From: Haliotis rufescens
Taxonomy: Eukaryota
Direction of reading: 5' to 3'
Length of the DNA: 64,000 nucleotides
NCBI RefSeq assembly: GCF_023055435.1
Contig: NW_025963796.1
Coordinates: 62,001 to 126,000 of the forward strand
Below the pieces are notes generated by a model that had not been told where the DNA came from, did not search any database, and saw nothing but the letters and a program-made list of their open reading frames with translations. Of this stretch, positions 14,130 to 26,908 are shown one piece after another. The translations under genes were made by a program, and so were the position numbers. The stretch's first letter is position 1. Each line of letters opens with the position of its first letter.

Positions 14130-14392
14130 TCAGATCCGGGGTAGAATAGGTCTTCAGCAACCCATGCTTGCCGTAAAAGGCGACTATGCTTGTCGTAAGA
14201 TGCGACTAACGGGTTCGTGTGGTCAGGCTCGCTGACTTGGTTGATACACGTCATCGTATCCCAATGGCGTGGATCGATGCTGATGATGTCAATCACTGGA
14301 GTGTCTGGACAAGACTCGATTATTTACAGACCGCCGTCATATAGCTGGAATATTGCTGAGTGCGGCGTAAAACAACAAACCAAACCAAAACC
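14130..14392 (+). mobile_element. SINE family C
   Basis: TSD ccggcaacact. Confidence 0.9.
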
Positions 14393-14436
14393 GGCAACAC
14401 TAAATAGAATAGCCTGACCTACTTATTTTCTTGGTG

Positions 14437-14551
14437 TGAGTGAGTATGGTTTAACGCCGCTTTAAGCAATATTCCAGCAATATCAAGGCGATAAATGGGC
14501 TTCACACATTGTACCTATGTGGGGAATCGAACCCGGGTCTTTGGTGTGACG
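14437..14551 (-). mobile_element. SINE family A fragment
   Basis: Family consensus. Confidence 0.75.
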
Positions 14552-14959
14552 GTCCGTCGGTCGGTCGGTCGGTGGGTCGGTCGGTCCGTCCGTCCGTCCG
14601 TCAGTCAGTGAGTGTCAGTCAGTCAGTCAGTAAGTAAGAAACCAAGGATAATAAGCTAATGTAGGTAACACAACCCTCTGAGGCGATGCAGCACTGCACA
14701 GCGAATTGAGGCCACTTAGACGACAGACGCCCCCCCCCCCCCCCCCCCCCCTTCCTCACACACACACATACACATACCCCCCTCTAACCCCACCCCTTGT
14801 CCCCGTCAACCATAACGGGGCGACGGTTATGTTATGAATGAACACCACACAGAGGATTACAGCAGAGTATTGAAACAGTTGTGCATATTTCAAATGGAAA
14901 CCTGCATTCACCATGTAGCTTGTCTGTGCACGTATTGGAGTGGAGAGTTTGACAGGCGC

Positions 14960-15012
14960 ACGGCCTGTAAATACGGACGCTCTACTGCGACACTGCTATC
15001 CCGTCACCTCAG
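14960..15012 (+). other. Probable non-coding first exon of the myosin light chain gene
   Basis: Perfect donor CAG|GTAAGT at 15013; the first coding exon has an acceptor at 16602-16603 upstream of the ATG; start position is a guess. Confidence 0.45.
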
Positions 15013-15059
15013 GTAAGTGGACGGAACTATACCTACCTCATCTTAACGTACAGCGTGGT

Positions 15060-16530
15060 GCAGTGTCTACTACTGAAAGTAGAACATGATATTGTGTCTA
15101 TCACTGAATGTACAACTAGATAAAGTATGTATCACTGAACGTATAACTTGGCACAGTGTCTCTCACTAAGAGTACAACTTGACCTAGTGTCTCTTACTGA
15201 GAGTACTACTTGACAGTGTCTCTTACTGAGAGTACAACTTGACCCAGTGTCTCTCAACGAGAGTACAACGTGGCACAGTGTCTCTTACTGAGAGTACAAC
15301 TTGACACAGTGTCACTTACTGGGCGTACAACTTGACACAGTGTCTCTTACTGAGAGTACAACTTGACCCAGTGTCTCTCAACGAGAGTACAACGTGGCAC
15401 AGTGTCTCTCACTGAGACTACAACTTGTCACAGTGTCTCTCACTGAGAGTACAACTTGACACAGTGTCTCTCACTGAGACTACAACTTGTCACAGTGTCT
15501 CTCACTGAGAGTACAACTTGTCACAGTGTCTCTTACTGAGAGTGTAACTTGACACAGTGTCTCTCACTGAGAGTACAACTTGACCCAGTGTCTCTCAACG
15601 AGAGTACAACTTGGCACAGTGTCTCTTACTGAGAGTACTACTTGTCACAGTGTCACTTACTGAGAATACAACTTGTCACAGTGTCACTTACTGGGCGTAC
15701 AACTTGACACAGTGTCTCTTACTGAGAGTGTAACTTGACACAGTGTCTCTCACTGAGAGTACAACTTGACACAGTGTCTCTCACTGAGAGTACAACTTGA
15801 CACAGTGTCTCTCACTGAGAGTACAACTTGACACAGTGTATCTCACTGAGAGTACTACTTGTCACAGTGTCTCTTACTGAGAGTACAACTTGACACAGTG
15901 TATCTCACTGAGAGTACTACTTGTCACAGTGTCTCTTACTGAGAGTACAACTTGACACAGTGTCTCTCACTGAGAGTACAACTTGACACAGTGTATCTCA
16001 CTGAGAGTACTACTTGACACAGTGTCTCTTACTGAGAGTACAACTTGACACAGTGTCTCTTACTGAGAGTATAACTTGACTCAGTGTCTCTTACTGAGAG
16101 TACAACTTGACACAGTGTATCTTACTGAGAGTACAACTTGACCTAATGTCTCTTGCTGAGAGTACAACTTGACACAGTGTATCTTACTGAGACTACAACT
16201 TGACACAGTGTATCTTACTGAGAGTACAACTTGACCCAATGTCTCTTACTGAGAGTGGGGTGGTCGGGTAGCCTAGTGGGTAAAGCGTTCGCTCGTCACG
16301 CCGAGGACCCGGGTTCGATTCCCGACAAAGGTACAATGTGTGAAGCCCATTTCTGGTGTCCCCCGCCGTGATATTGCTGGAATATTGCTAAAAGCGGCGT
16401 AAAACCAAACTCACTCACTCACTCTTACTGAGAGTACAACTTGACCTAATGTCTCTTACTGAAAGTACAACTTGACACAGTGTATCTTACTGAGAGTACA
16501 ACTTGACACAGTGTATCATACCGAGAGTAC
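15060..16530. repeat. 31-bp minisatellite (gtacaacttgacacagtgtctctyactgaga), interrupted by a SINE
   Basis: Direct periodicity. Confidence 0.95.
16257..16421 (+). mobile_element. SINE family A inserted in the minisatellite
   Basis: TSD ctcttactgagagt. Confidence 0.9.
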
Positions 16531-16615
16531 AACACGATTCCTATACTATTTCTTTACAACACACGCACGAATGAATCGGGTGCAGGTTTTTCCTCCATTT
16601 CAGTTCCATACAACT

Positions 16616-19600
16616 ATGGCACAGATACGCATCAGTATGAAACGACGCCGAAAGATGTCCAACGTGATGACCATGTTTGACCCGACTCAGATCCGGGAAT
16701 TTAAGGTGAAGTAACTTAGATCTATATCCATGTAGACCAAGTTCAGATCAGGAATATAAGTAAAGTAACTTAGATCTATGACCATGAACACCCAGTTCAG
16801 ATAAGGAATAGAAGTAAAGTAACTTAGATCTCTATCCATGTAGACCTACCGTCTCCGTGGTCTAGTGGTAGAGCGTCCGCCCGGAGAGCGGAAGGTCCGA
16901 GGTTCGATCCCCGGCCGCGTCATACCAAAAGACGTTAAAAGATGGTACTTGTTGTTACCCTGTCTGGCGCTCGGCATTAAGGGGCTAAAACAAGGACTGG
17001 TCGGCTCGGAGTCAGTATACTGTGTCTGAGTGGGGTATTCATGTTAAACTAGTGAGCTAGCACTATAAATCGGCATCAGTCCGGACTGGTACAAGCAGCC
17101 AAACAAACACACACACGTACATGCACGTCGCTATATAAGTGCAATGATCTTGGACGCGACGTTAAACCCCATTTCACCTCACCTCACCATGTAGACCTAG
17201 TTCAGGGCCCTGTTCCTACAAAGCCATCTTAGCGCCAAGGTGATCGTAACTCCCATACTTTAACACCGGCATACGATAGACGTAGCACTAAGATCGCTTT
17301 GAGGAACGATGCCCTGGAATATAAGGTAAGGTACGTTAAATCTTTATCCATGTAGACCAAGTTCAGATCAGTAATATAAATAAAGGAACTTAAATCTATA
17401 CAAATGTAGACAAAGTTCATATCAGTAATATATATAAAGTAACTTAAATCTATATCCATGTAGACCCATTTCATATCAGGAATATCATGTGCAATAAATT
17501 AGATCTATATCCATGTATACCCCTTTTTATATCAGGAATATAAGGTGAAATAACTTAGATCTATATCCATGTAGACCCATTTCATATCAGGAATATCAGG
17601 TGCAATAAATTAGATCTATATCCATGTAGACCCATTTCATATCAGGAATATAAGGTGAAATAACTTAGATCTATATCCATGTAGACCCATTTCATATCAG
17701 GAATATCATGTGCAATAAATTAGATCTATATCCATGTAGACCCATTTCATATCAGGAATATAAGTTGAAAAAAATAGATCTAAATCAATGTTTACCCATT
17801 TCATATCAGGAATATAAGGTGAAATAAATTAGATCTTTATCCATGTAGACCCATTTCATATCAGGAATATCAGGTGCAATAAATTAGATCTATATCCATG
17901 TAGACCCATTTCATATCAGGAATATAAGGTGACAAAAATAAATCTATATCCATGTATACCCATTTCATATCAGGAACATCAGGTGAAATAACTTAGATCT
18001 ATATCCATGTAGACCCATTTCATATCAGGAATATCATGTGCAATAAATTAGATCTATATCCATGTAGACCCATTTCATATCAGGAATATAAGGTCAAATA
18101 ACTTAGATCTATATCCATGTAGACCAATTTCATATCAGGGATATCAGGTGCAATAAATTAGATCTATATCTTTGTAAACCCAGTTCAGATCAGGAATATT
18201 AGCAAAGTAGCTTAGAGCCATGCCCATCTTTGACCCAGATCAGGTACAGGAATATAAACAAAGTAACTTAGAGCCATGCCCATCTTTGACCCAGATCAGG
18301 TCCAGGAATATAAACAAAGTAACTTAGAGCCATGCCCATCTTTGACCCAGATCAGGTACAGGAATATAAACAAAGTAACTTAGAGCCATGCCCATCTTTG
18401 ACCCAGATCAGGTACAGGAATATAAACAAAGTAACTTAGTGCCATGCCCATCTTTGACCAGGATCAGGTACAGGAATATAAACAAAATAACTTAGATTCA
18501 TGCCCATCTTTGACCCAGATCAGGTACAGGAATATAAACAAAGTAATTTAGAGCCATGCCCATGTTTGACCCAGATCAGGTACAGGAATGTAAACAAAGT
18601 AACTTAGAGCCATGTCCATCTTTGACCAGGATCAGGTACAGGAATATAAACAAAGTAATTTAGAGCCATGCCCATCTTTGACCCAGATCAGGTACAGGAA
18701 TGTAAACAAATTAACATAGAGCCATGCCCATGTTTGACCCAGTTCAGGTACAGGAATATAAACAAAGTAACTTAGAGCCATGCCCATCTTTGACCCAGAT
18801 CAGGTACAGGAATATAAACAAAGTAACTTAGAGCCATGCCCATCTTTGACCCAGATCAGGTACAGGAATATAAACAATGTAACTTAGAGCCATGCCCATC
18901 TTTGACCCAGATCAGGTACAGGAATGTAAACAAAGTAACTTAGAGCCATGACCACCTTTGACCAAGTCCGCATCAGGAATATAAAATAAGTAACTTAGAG
19001 CCATGCCCATCTTTGACCGGTATCAGGTACAGGAATATAAACAAAGTATCTTGGAGCCATGACCATCTTTGACCAGGATCAGGTACAGGAATGTAAACAA
19101 ATTAACATAGAGCCATGCCCATCTTTGACCCAGATCAGGTACAGGAATATAAACAAAGTAACTTAGAGCCATGCCCATGTTTGACCCAGTTCAGGTACAG
19201 GAATATAAACAAAGTAACTTAGAGCCATGCCCACCTTTGACCCAGATCAGGTACAGGAATGTAAACAAAGTAACATAGAGCCATGACCATCTTTGACCAA
19301 GTCCGCATCAGGAATATAAAATAAGTAACTAAGAGCCATGCCCATCTTTGACCAGTATCAGGTACAGGAATATAAACAAAGTAACTTGGAGCCATGCCCA
19401 TCTTTGACCAGTATCAGGTACAGGAATATAAACAAAGTAACTTAGAGCCAGCCATGCCCATCTTTGACCAGGATCAGGTACAGGAATGTAAACAAAGTAA
19501 CTTAGAGCCATGCCCATCTTTGACCCAGTCCGCATCAAGAATATAAACAAAGTAACTTAGAGCCATACCCATCTTTGACCAGGATCGAGTACATGAATAT

Positions 19601-21347
19601 AAACAAAGTAACATAGAGCCATGCCCATCTTTGACCCAGATCAGGTACAGGAATGTAAACAAAGTAACTTAGAGCCATGCCCATCTTTGACCCAGTCCGC
19701 ATCAAGAATATAAACAAAGTAACTTAGAGCCATGCCCATCTTTGACCAGTATCAGGTACAGGAATATAAACAAAGTAACTTAGAGCCAGCCATGCCCATC
19801 TTTGACCAGGATCAGGTACGGGAATGTAAACAAAGTAACTTAGAGCCATGCCCATCTTTGACCCAGTCCGCATCAGGAATATAAACAAAGTAACTTAGAG
19901 CCATACCCATCTTTGACCAGGATCGAGTACATGAATATAAACAAAGTAACATAGAGCCATGCCCATCTTTGACCCAGATCAGGTACAGGAATATAAACAA
20001 AGTAACTTAGAGCCATGCCCATCTTTGACCCAGTCCGCATCAAGAATATAAACAAAGTAACTTAGAGCCATACCCATCTTTGACCAGGATCGAGTACATG
20101 AATATAAACAAAGTAACAAAGAGCCATGACCATCTTTGACCAAGTCCGCATCAGGAATATAAAATAAGTAACTTAGAGCCAAGCCCATCTTTGACCAGGA
20201 TCAGGTACAGGAATATAAACAAAGTAATTTAGAGCCATGCCCATCTTTGACCCAGATCAGGTACAGGAATATAAACAATGTAACTTAGAGCCATGCCCAT
20301 CTTTGACCCAGTCCGCATCAGGAATTTAAACAAAGCAACTTAAAGCCATGCCCATCTTTGACCAGGATCAGGTACAGGAATATAAACAAAGTAACTTAGA
20401 GCCATGCCCATCTTTGGCCAGGATCAGGTACTGGAATATAAACAAAGTAACTTAGAGCCATGCCCATCTTTGACCCAGATCAGGTACAGGAATATAAACA
20501 AAGTAACTTAGAGCCATGCCCATCTTTGACCCAGATCAGGTACAGGAATATAAACAAAGTAACTTAGAGCCATGCCCATCTTTGACCCAGATCAGGTACA
20601 GGAATATAAACAAAGTAACTTAGAGCCATGCCCATCTTTGACCCAGATCAGGTACAGGAATATAAACAAAGTAACTTAGAGCCATGCCCATCTGTGACCC
20701 AGTCCGCATCAGGAATTTAAGTCACTTTGACCAATGTCCTGTGGAATTAGTAGAGTACAAGTATTAAAATCTGGGTCTCGAACTGTCTGCTGTTGTGACA
20801 GGAAGCGTTCAACATGATAGACCAGAACGGAGACGGGTTTATAGACAAGGATGACCTGAACAGGATGCTGACTTCCCTCGGGAAGACGACAACTGACGCC
20901 GATTTGGACGCCATGATGAAGGAGGCACCAGGACCCATAAACTTCACCATGTTCCTCTCAATGTTTGGACAGAAGCTGGAAGGTACAGATCCTGAAGACG
21001 TCATCGTGAACGCCTTCCACTGCCTTGATGGCAGACGTAGAGGTGAATATGCCATTGCAATATAGTTGCTTGCAAACTCCTTCATTCATCTAGTAGTAGT
21101 TGTCGTAGTAGCTGTTGCAGTAGTACAGGGTGTAGTTGTAGTTGTAGTAGTAGCAGTAGAAGATTACCCTTAGTGGTCGTATACGTTGTCGTTGTTTTAG
21201 TATAAGTAATTAGTAGCAGAGGTAGTAGTAGCAGAGAAGTAGTAGTAATAGTAGTAGTGGTAGTAGCAGAAGTAGTTGTAGTAGTAGTAGTAGTAGTGTA
21301 GTAGTAGTAGCAGAGGTAGTAGTAGCAGAGTAGTAGTAGTAATAGTA

Positions 21348-21386
<39 letters not shown>

Positions 21387-21540
21387 ATAGTAGTAGTGGT
21401 AGTAGTAGCAGTAGCAGTAGTAGCAGTAGAGTAGTAGTAGTTATAGTAGCAGTAGTGGCAGAGTAGTAGTAGTAGTAGTAGTAGCGGTAGTAGTAGCAGT
21501 AGTAGTAGCGGTAGTAGTAGTAGTAGTAGTAGTAGTAGCG

Positions 21541-21586
<46 letters not shown>

Positions 21587-21650
21587 TAGTAATCATCGGT
21601 TGCTGAAGACCTATTCTACCCCAGACCTTCACGGGTCGGTAGTGGTAGTA

Positions 21651-21695
<45 letters not shown>

Positions 21696-22086
21696 TAGTT
21701 TGTTTGTTTGTTTGTTGTTTAACGCCGCACTCAGCAATATTCCAGCTTTATGACGGCGGTCTGTAAATAATCGAGTCTGGACCAGACAATCGAGTGATTG
21801 ACATCATGAGCATCGATCCACGCAATTGGGATACGATGACATCCATCAACCAAGTCAGCGAGCCTGACCACCCGCGGGCGGGGCGGTTGGATAGCCTAGT
21901 GGTTGAAGTGGTTTAAGCGTTCGCTCGTCACGCCGAAAACCCGGATACGCTTCCCGACATGGGTATAATGTGTGAAGCCCATTTCTGGTGTCCCCCGCCG
22001 TGATATTGCTGGAATATTGCTAAAAGCGGCGTAAAACCGTATTCACTCACTCACTCACTCTTACGACAAGCGTGGTCGACTGGTAC

Positions 22087-22160
<74 letters not shown>

Positions 22161-22462
22161 GATGTTGCTGTTGCTGTTTTTGCTGCTGCTGTTGAGATGG
22201 TTGTTCATTTGAGTTATCTCCCCTAGGCTATCTCCCGGAAGATGAACTGCGCAGTGATTTGACAACAATGGGGGAAAGATGGACGGATGAGATGGTGGAT
22301 GACCTGTTCTTGGATGCACCCATTACCAACGGCAAGTTCAACTACAGCGAGTTCACCAGGGTGCTGAAACATGGCACCAGGGATGAGGATAAGGTAGAGG
22401 AGAGGGGGCCGGAGAGGACGGAGGAAGAACCCAACACGACACCTCGAGGCTGCTCTGCCTGA
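16616..22462 (+). CDS. Myosin regulatory light chain, non-muscle (sqh/MYL12-like) type, divergent; join(16616..16705,20802..21042,22227..22462), 188 aa
   Basis: [16 protein letters not shown]|[19 protein letters not shown]...[11 protein letters not shown]...[10 protein letters not shown]...[13 protein letters not shown]...FNY.EFTR.LKHG aligns with RLC hallmarks; GT-AG introns with phases 0 and 1. Confidence 0.92.
16849..17186 (+). mobile_element. SINE family B (about 340 bp, tRNA head)
   Basis: A/B boxes; TSD ccatgtagaccta. Confidence 0.9.
17203..17316. mobile_element. Small palindromic MITE (possibly PIF/Harbinger-like)
   Basis: Imperfect fold-back cagggccc...gccctg inserted in a repeat unit. 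Confidence 0.55.
18205..20721 (+). repeat. 56-bp minisatellite, about 45 copies; second derivative of the RLC exon end
   Basis: Unit agagccatgcccatctttgacccagatcaggtacaggaatataaacaaagtaactt. Confidence 0.95.
21090..21697. repeat. (GTA)n compound microsatellite; further (GTA)/(GTT)/(GCT) run at 22088-22193
   Basis: Direct. Confidence 0.95.
21697..22076. mobile_element. SINE family C (-) with nested family A (+, about 21879-22060)
   Basis: Family C sequence resumes (ctcttacgacaagc) after the family A tail. Confidence 0.8.
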
Positions 22463-23571
22463 CAGAAGTGCTCTGTGTAATGTGAATCTCTGTATCGTGC
22501 CAAGTATAGCGATGTTACAAGACATTACATAGCTATGGCGTCATAAAGGTATTTCGCTCGTTCTAACTATGACGTCATAAAGGTATTTCGCCTATCGTAC
22601 TGATTCGGAAAGCATGTTGACCCTTGGCCAGAATGTATTCTGTGCAGGATAAACGTAATTGGTGTTTGGCATATATGTTCAAACACAGATACAATGTGAT
22701 TTCACATAGAATCCAGACATGTGTAGATTAATGTTTAGGCCTCATAGAATTCCCTCGAATTAAGTGTACACGGATAGTTGCTTATATTGTTGTTTATGTA
22801 ATTGAAAATTGAAAGAAGTGTTTATGTCCATTTAACCATCACTCATTCCGGTATAGTTTTGCAAAACATAATCAGTGGCTGGGTAAAACTAGATTGGATC
22901 AGTGAAGAAGGGGTAAGAAATTAACTAAACGATCCAATGACCCCACCATGAAATGGAACTTTGTGGCGAAAAAAGCAAATGTATTGATTTTCACACATAA
23001 GATGTCTAAGATCACATCATCAGTGTATAATGCTAACATTCTTTTCTAAATTTTTAAAAAATTTAAATTTATTTATCTTTATTAAAATATAACCATTCGG
23101 AAATATTCCTTGAGTGCTGACTGAACGCAAGTACATTGATTTTTTTTATAATATTGCTAACTTAAGATATTTTCAAATGAATAACAAACATCAACTGAGA
23201 GGAGGTTTCATTTGCTTCTTAGTATAGAAATAATTCTTCAGAATAGTAGAAAATGATATGCACATTGTCCTTTGACAACAAATGAAAATTCATGAAGATT
23301 AAAACACTCTTCATTAGTATTTATATGCTTGTTGCTTGTCGTTTGCAGAATAAACTTTCATTTGATTTGTCGTTTGGTGCCACGTGATCAATGCAGGTTA
23401 CTTGATGCAGTCCGCAAACAAGTTGTTATGTCCCTCGTGCTTCAGAAATCATTTCCTTCGCCTGCCTTCAGTTGATGTAACCGATTATCAGTTGACACCA
23501 GTTGTTGATCATCCTAAATCCTATGAAAACATTGTATTGAATAGTCCAAACGGCATCACATATTGTTAATA

Positions 23572-23736
23572 GTGAGTGAGTGAGTGAGGTTTTACGCCGC
23601 TTTTAGCAACATTCCAACAATATCACGGCGGGGGACACCGGAAATGGGCTTCACACATTGTACCCATGTCGGGAATCGAACCCGGGTCTTCGGCGTGACG
23701 AGCGAGCTTTATCCACTAGGCTACCCGACCGCCCCC
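23572..23736 (-). mobile_element. SINE family A
   Basis: Family consensus. Confidence 0.9.
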
Positions 23737-23744
23737 ATATTGTT

Positions 23745-23794
<50 letters not shown>

Positions 23795-24170
23795 CGACGA
23801 CGATGATGATGATGATGATGACGACGACGACGATGCTGATTCTATTTCTAAGGCGGGGTTTTCCATCCAGTATGTGGTTGCTAAAAGCGCACAGGAGCAG
23901 TTGCGACAGTCAGAAGTTCTTTCACAAAGAAACGTCTTGAGACTGACCTTGAAAGCAGAAAGGGATGGAGAATGTTTCAGTTCCATCGGCAGATGGTTCC
24001 AGAGGAAAAGACACAGTGAGAAAATATTCTTTATCCAAAGGACTTTGGAACATAAAGGAGCATCTCGTCAACAGATCGTAGACTCCTGGTGGGGATGTAC
24101 TTCTGAACCGGGTCTGTTAAAGAGCCTGGGGCCAATCCTTGATATGAGCTGCAGACAAATGAACTTTAGT
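23745..24170 (-). mobile_element. 3' remnant of a CR1/L2-type LINE with a trinucleotide tail
   Basis: Minus-strand translation WNHLPMELKHSPSLSAFKVSLKTFL matches the typical ORF2 C-terminus; followed by (CAT/CGT/TGT)n. Confidence 0.7.
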
Positions 24171-26062
24171 GGATCCTGGTCACCATGTCAACACCCACAA
24201 TAGTCAATACATTTACAGGAACTTTAGCGGATTCTGATCACCATGGTAACACCCACAATAGTCAATACATTTACAGGAACTTTAGCGGATTCTGGTCACA
24301 ATGTCAACACCCACAATAGTCAATACATTTACAGGAACTTTAGCGGATTCTGGTTTCAATGTCAACACCCACAATAGTCAATACATTTACAGGAACTTTG
24401 GTGGATCCTGATCACCATGTCAACACCCACAATAGTCAATACATTTACAGGAACTTTGGTGGATTCTGGTTTCAATGTCAACACCCACAATAGTCAATAC
24501 ATTTACAGGAACTTTAGCGGATCCTGGTCCCCATGTCAACACCCACAATAGTCAATACATTTACAGGAACTTTAGTGGATCCTGGTCACCATGTCAACAC
24601 CCACAATAGTCAATACATTTACAGGAACTTTAGCGGATTCTGGTCCCCATGTCAACACCCACAATAGTCAATACATTTACAGGGACTTTAGCGGATTCTG
24701 GTCCCCATGTCAACACCCACAATAGTCAATACATTTACAGGGACTTTAGCGGATTCTGGTCACCATGTCAACACCCACAATAGTCAATACATTTACAGGG
24801 ACTTTAGCGGATTCTGGTCCCCATGTCAACACCCACAATAGTCAATACATTTACAGGGACTTTAGCGGATTCTGGTCCCCATGTCAACACCCACAATAGT
24901 CAATACATTTACAGGGACTTTAGCGGATTCTGATCACCATGTCAACACCCACAATAGTCAATACATTTACAGGGACTTTAGCGGATTCTGGTCCCCATGT
25001 CAACACCCACAATAGTCAATACATTTACAGGGACTTTAGCGGATTCTGGTCCCCATGTCAACACCCACAATAGTCAATACATTTACAGGGACTTTAGCGG
25101 ATTCTGATCACCATGTCAACACCCACAATAGTCAATACATTTACAGGGACTTTAGCGGATTCTGGTCCCCATGTCAACACCCACAATAGTCAATACATTT
25201 ACAGGAACTTTAGTGGATTCTGGTCCCCATGTCAACACCCACAATAGTCAATACATTTACAGGAACTTTAGCGGATTCTGGTTTCAATGTTAACACCCAC
25301 AATAGTCAATACATTTACAGGAACTTTAGTGGATCCTGATCACCATGTCAACACCCACAATAGTCAATACATTTACAGGGACTTTAGCGAATTCTAGTCC
25401 CCATGTCAACACCCACAATAGTCAATACATTTACAGGAACTTTGGTGGATCCTGATCACCATGTCAACACCCACAATAGTTAAGACATTTACAGGAACTT
25501 TAGCGGATTCTGGTCACAATGTCAACACCCACAATAGTCAATACATTTACAGGAACTTTAGTGGATTCTGATCACCATGGTAACACCCACAATAGTCAAT
25601 ACATTTACAGGAACTTTAGCGGATTCTGGTTTCAATGTTAACACCCACAATAGTCAATACATTTACAGGAACTTTAGTGGATCCTGATCACCATGTCAAC
25701 ACCCACAATAGTCAATACATTTACAGGGACTTTAGCGAATTCTAGTCCCCATGTCAACACCCACAATAGTCAATACATTTACAGGAACTTTGGTGGATCC
25801 TGATCACCATGTCAACACCCACAATAGTCAATACATTTACAGGAACTTTAGTGGATTCTGATCACCATGTCAACACCCACAATAGTCAAGACATTTACAG
25901 GAACTTTAGCGGATTCTGGTCACAATGTCAACACCCACAATAGTCAATACATTTACAGGAACTTTGGTGGATCCTGGTCCCCATGTTAACACCCACAATA
26001 GTCAATACATTTACAGGAACTTTAGCGGATTCTGGTTTCAATGTTAACAATAGTCAATACAT
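24160..26062. repeat. 58-bp minisatellite, about 33 copies
   Basis: Unit gtcaacacccacaatagtcaatacatttacaggaactttagcggattctggtcaccat. Confidence 0.95.
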
Positions 26063-26429
26063 GCACGTCGACGTTTTGCGCTTTGTTAATGTACAGACTG
26101 GCCGGAGGCGGACAGAACAAAGATTATAATCTGAGCAAATAAGAAATTTACACCCATGACCATCAGATCCTTGCGCGACGAAGGGAGATAATTCTGCACA
26201 TTTGAGTAGTGAGTGAGTGAATAGAGTTTATCTCCGCTTTAACCGTATTCCAGTTATATCTCGACCTGTCAGCTGTGTCTGGCACACGGGGTAGTCCCAC
26301 GTGACCTCATCCGGGAGATAAGATACAGGCAGCTACAACAAGGTAAATAATGTTTCGTTTCCTGTTCCAGAATTGAACAATAAACTCAAGAGCTTGGGTT
26401 GGGATATGTTTAATAATGGCATAAGCGTA

Positions 26430-26792
26430 ATAATGAATACGTATGCACGTATTATGGCCCCACATAGTACAGCGTCACAATGAATACGTATGTACGGTTT
26501 GTTGCCCCACATAGCACAGCGGCATAACAAAGACATATCCTCGTATTATGGCCCCCCAAAATGTTGCGTCATAATGAATACGTATGTCCGTATGCTGGTC
26601 TCACAAAGAACAGCGCCATAATGAATACGTATGTCCGTATGCTGGTCTCACAAAGTACAGCGCTATAATGAATACGTATGTCCGTATGCTGGTCTCACAA
26701 AGTACAGCGCCATAATGAATACGTATGTCCGTATGCTGGTCTCACAAAGTACAGCGCCATAATGAATACGTATGTCCGTATGCTGGTCCCAC
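26430..26792. repeat. 47-bp minisatellite, about 7 copies, just upstream of LU-CTLD gene 1
   Basis: Unit ataatgaatacgtatgtccgtatgctggtctcacaaagtacagcgcc. Confidence 0.9.
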
Positions 26793-26908
26793 ATTGCACG
26801 ACGTGTTCGTCGTTCGATAGTGGTCACGCATGCTGGGACGTGACACGTTTGCTGTCGTTTTGGCCTAGACATGATCGTGTTGTTGCTAATTCTGTGACGG
26901 GTACCATC

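Larger units (their letters stand above)
16670..18200 (+). repeat. 55-bp minisatellite derived from the RLC exon 3' end plus donor
   Basis: Unit ccatgtagacccatttcatatcaggaatataag|gtgaaataacttagatctatat versus junction ccatgtttgacccgactcagatccgggaatttaag|gtgaagtaacttagatctatat. Confidence 0.9.

Noticed and set aside
16257-16340. tRNA genes (Asp-like and others)
   Set aside because: The tRNA-like segments are SINE heads that continue into SINE bodies with TSDs and lack intact acceptor stems
22445-22462. CaaX prenylation motif on the RLC tail
   Set aside because: The tail ends G-C-S-A, so Cys is at -3 rather than -4
23658-24203. 181-aa ORF with poly-N/poly-D
   Set aside because: Chimera of a SINE, a microsatellite and an antisense LINE remnant
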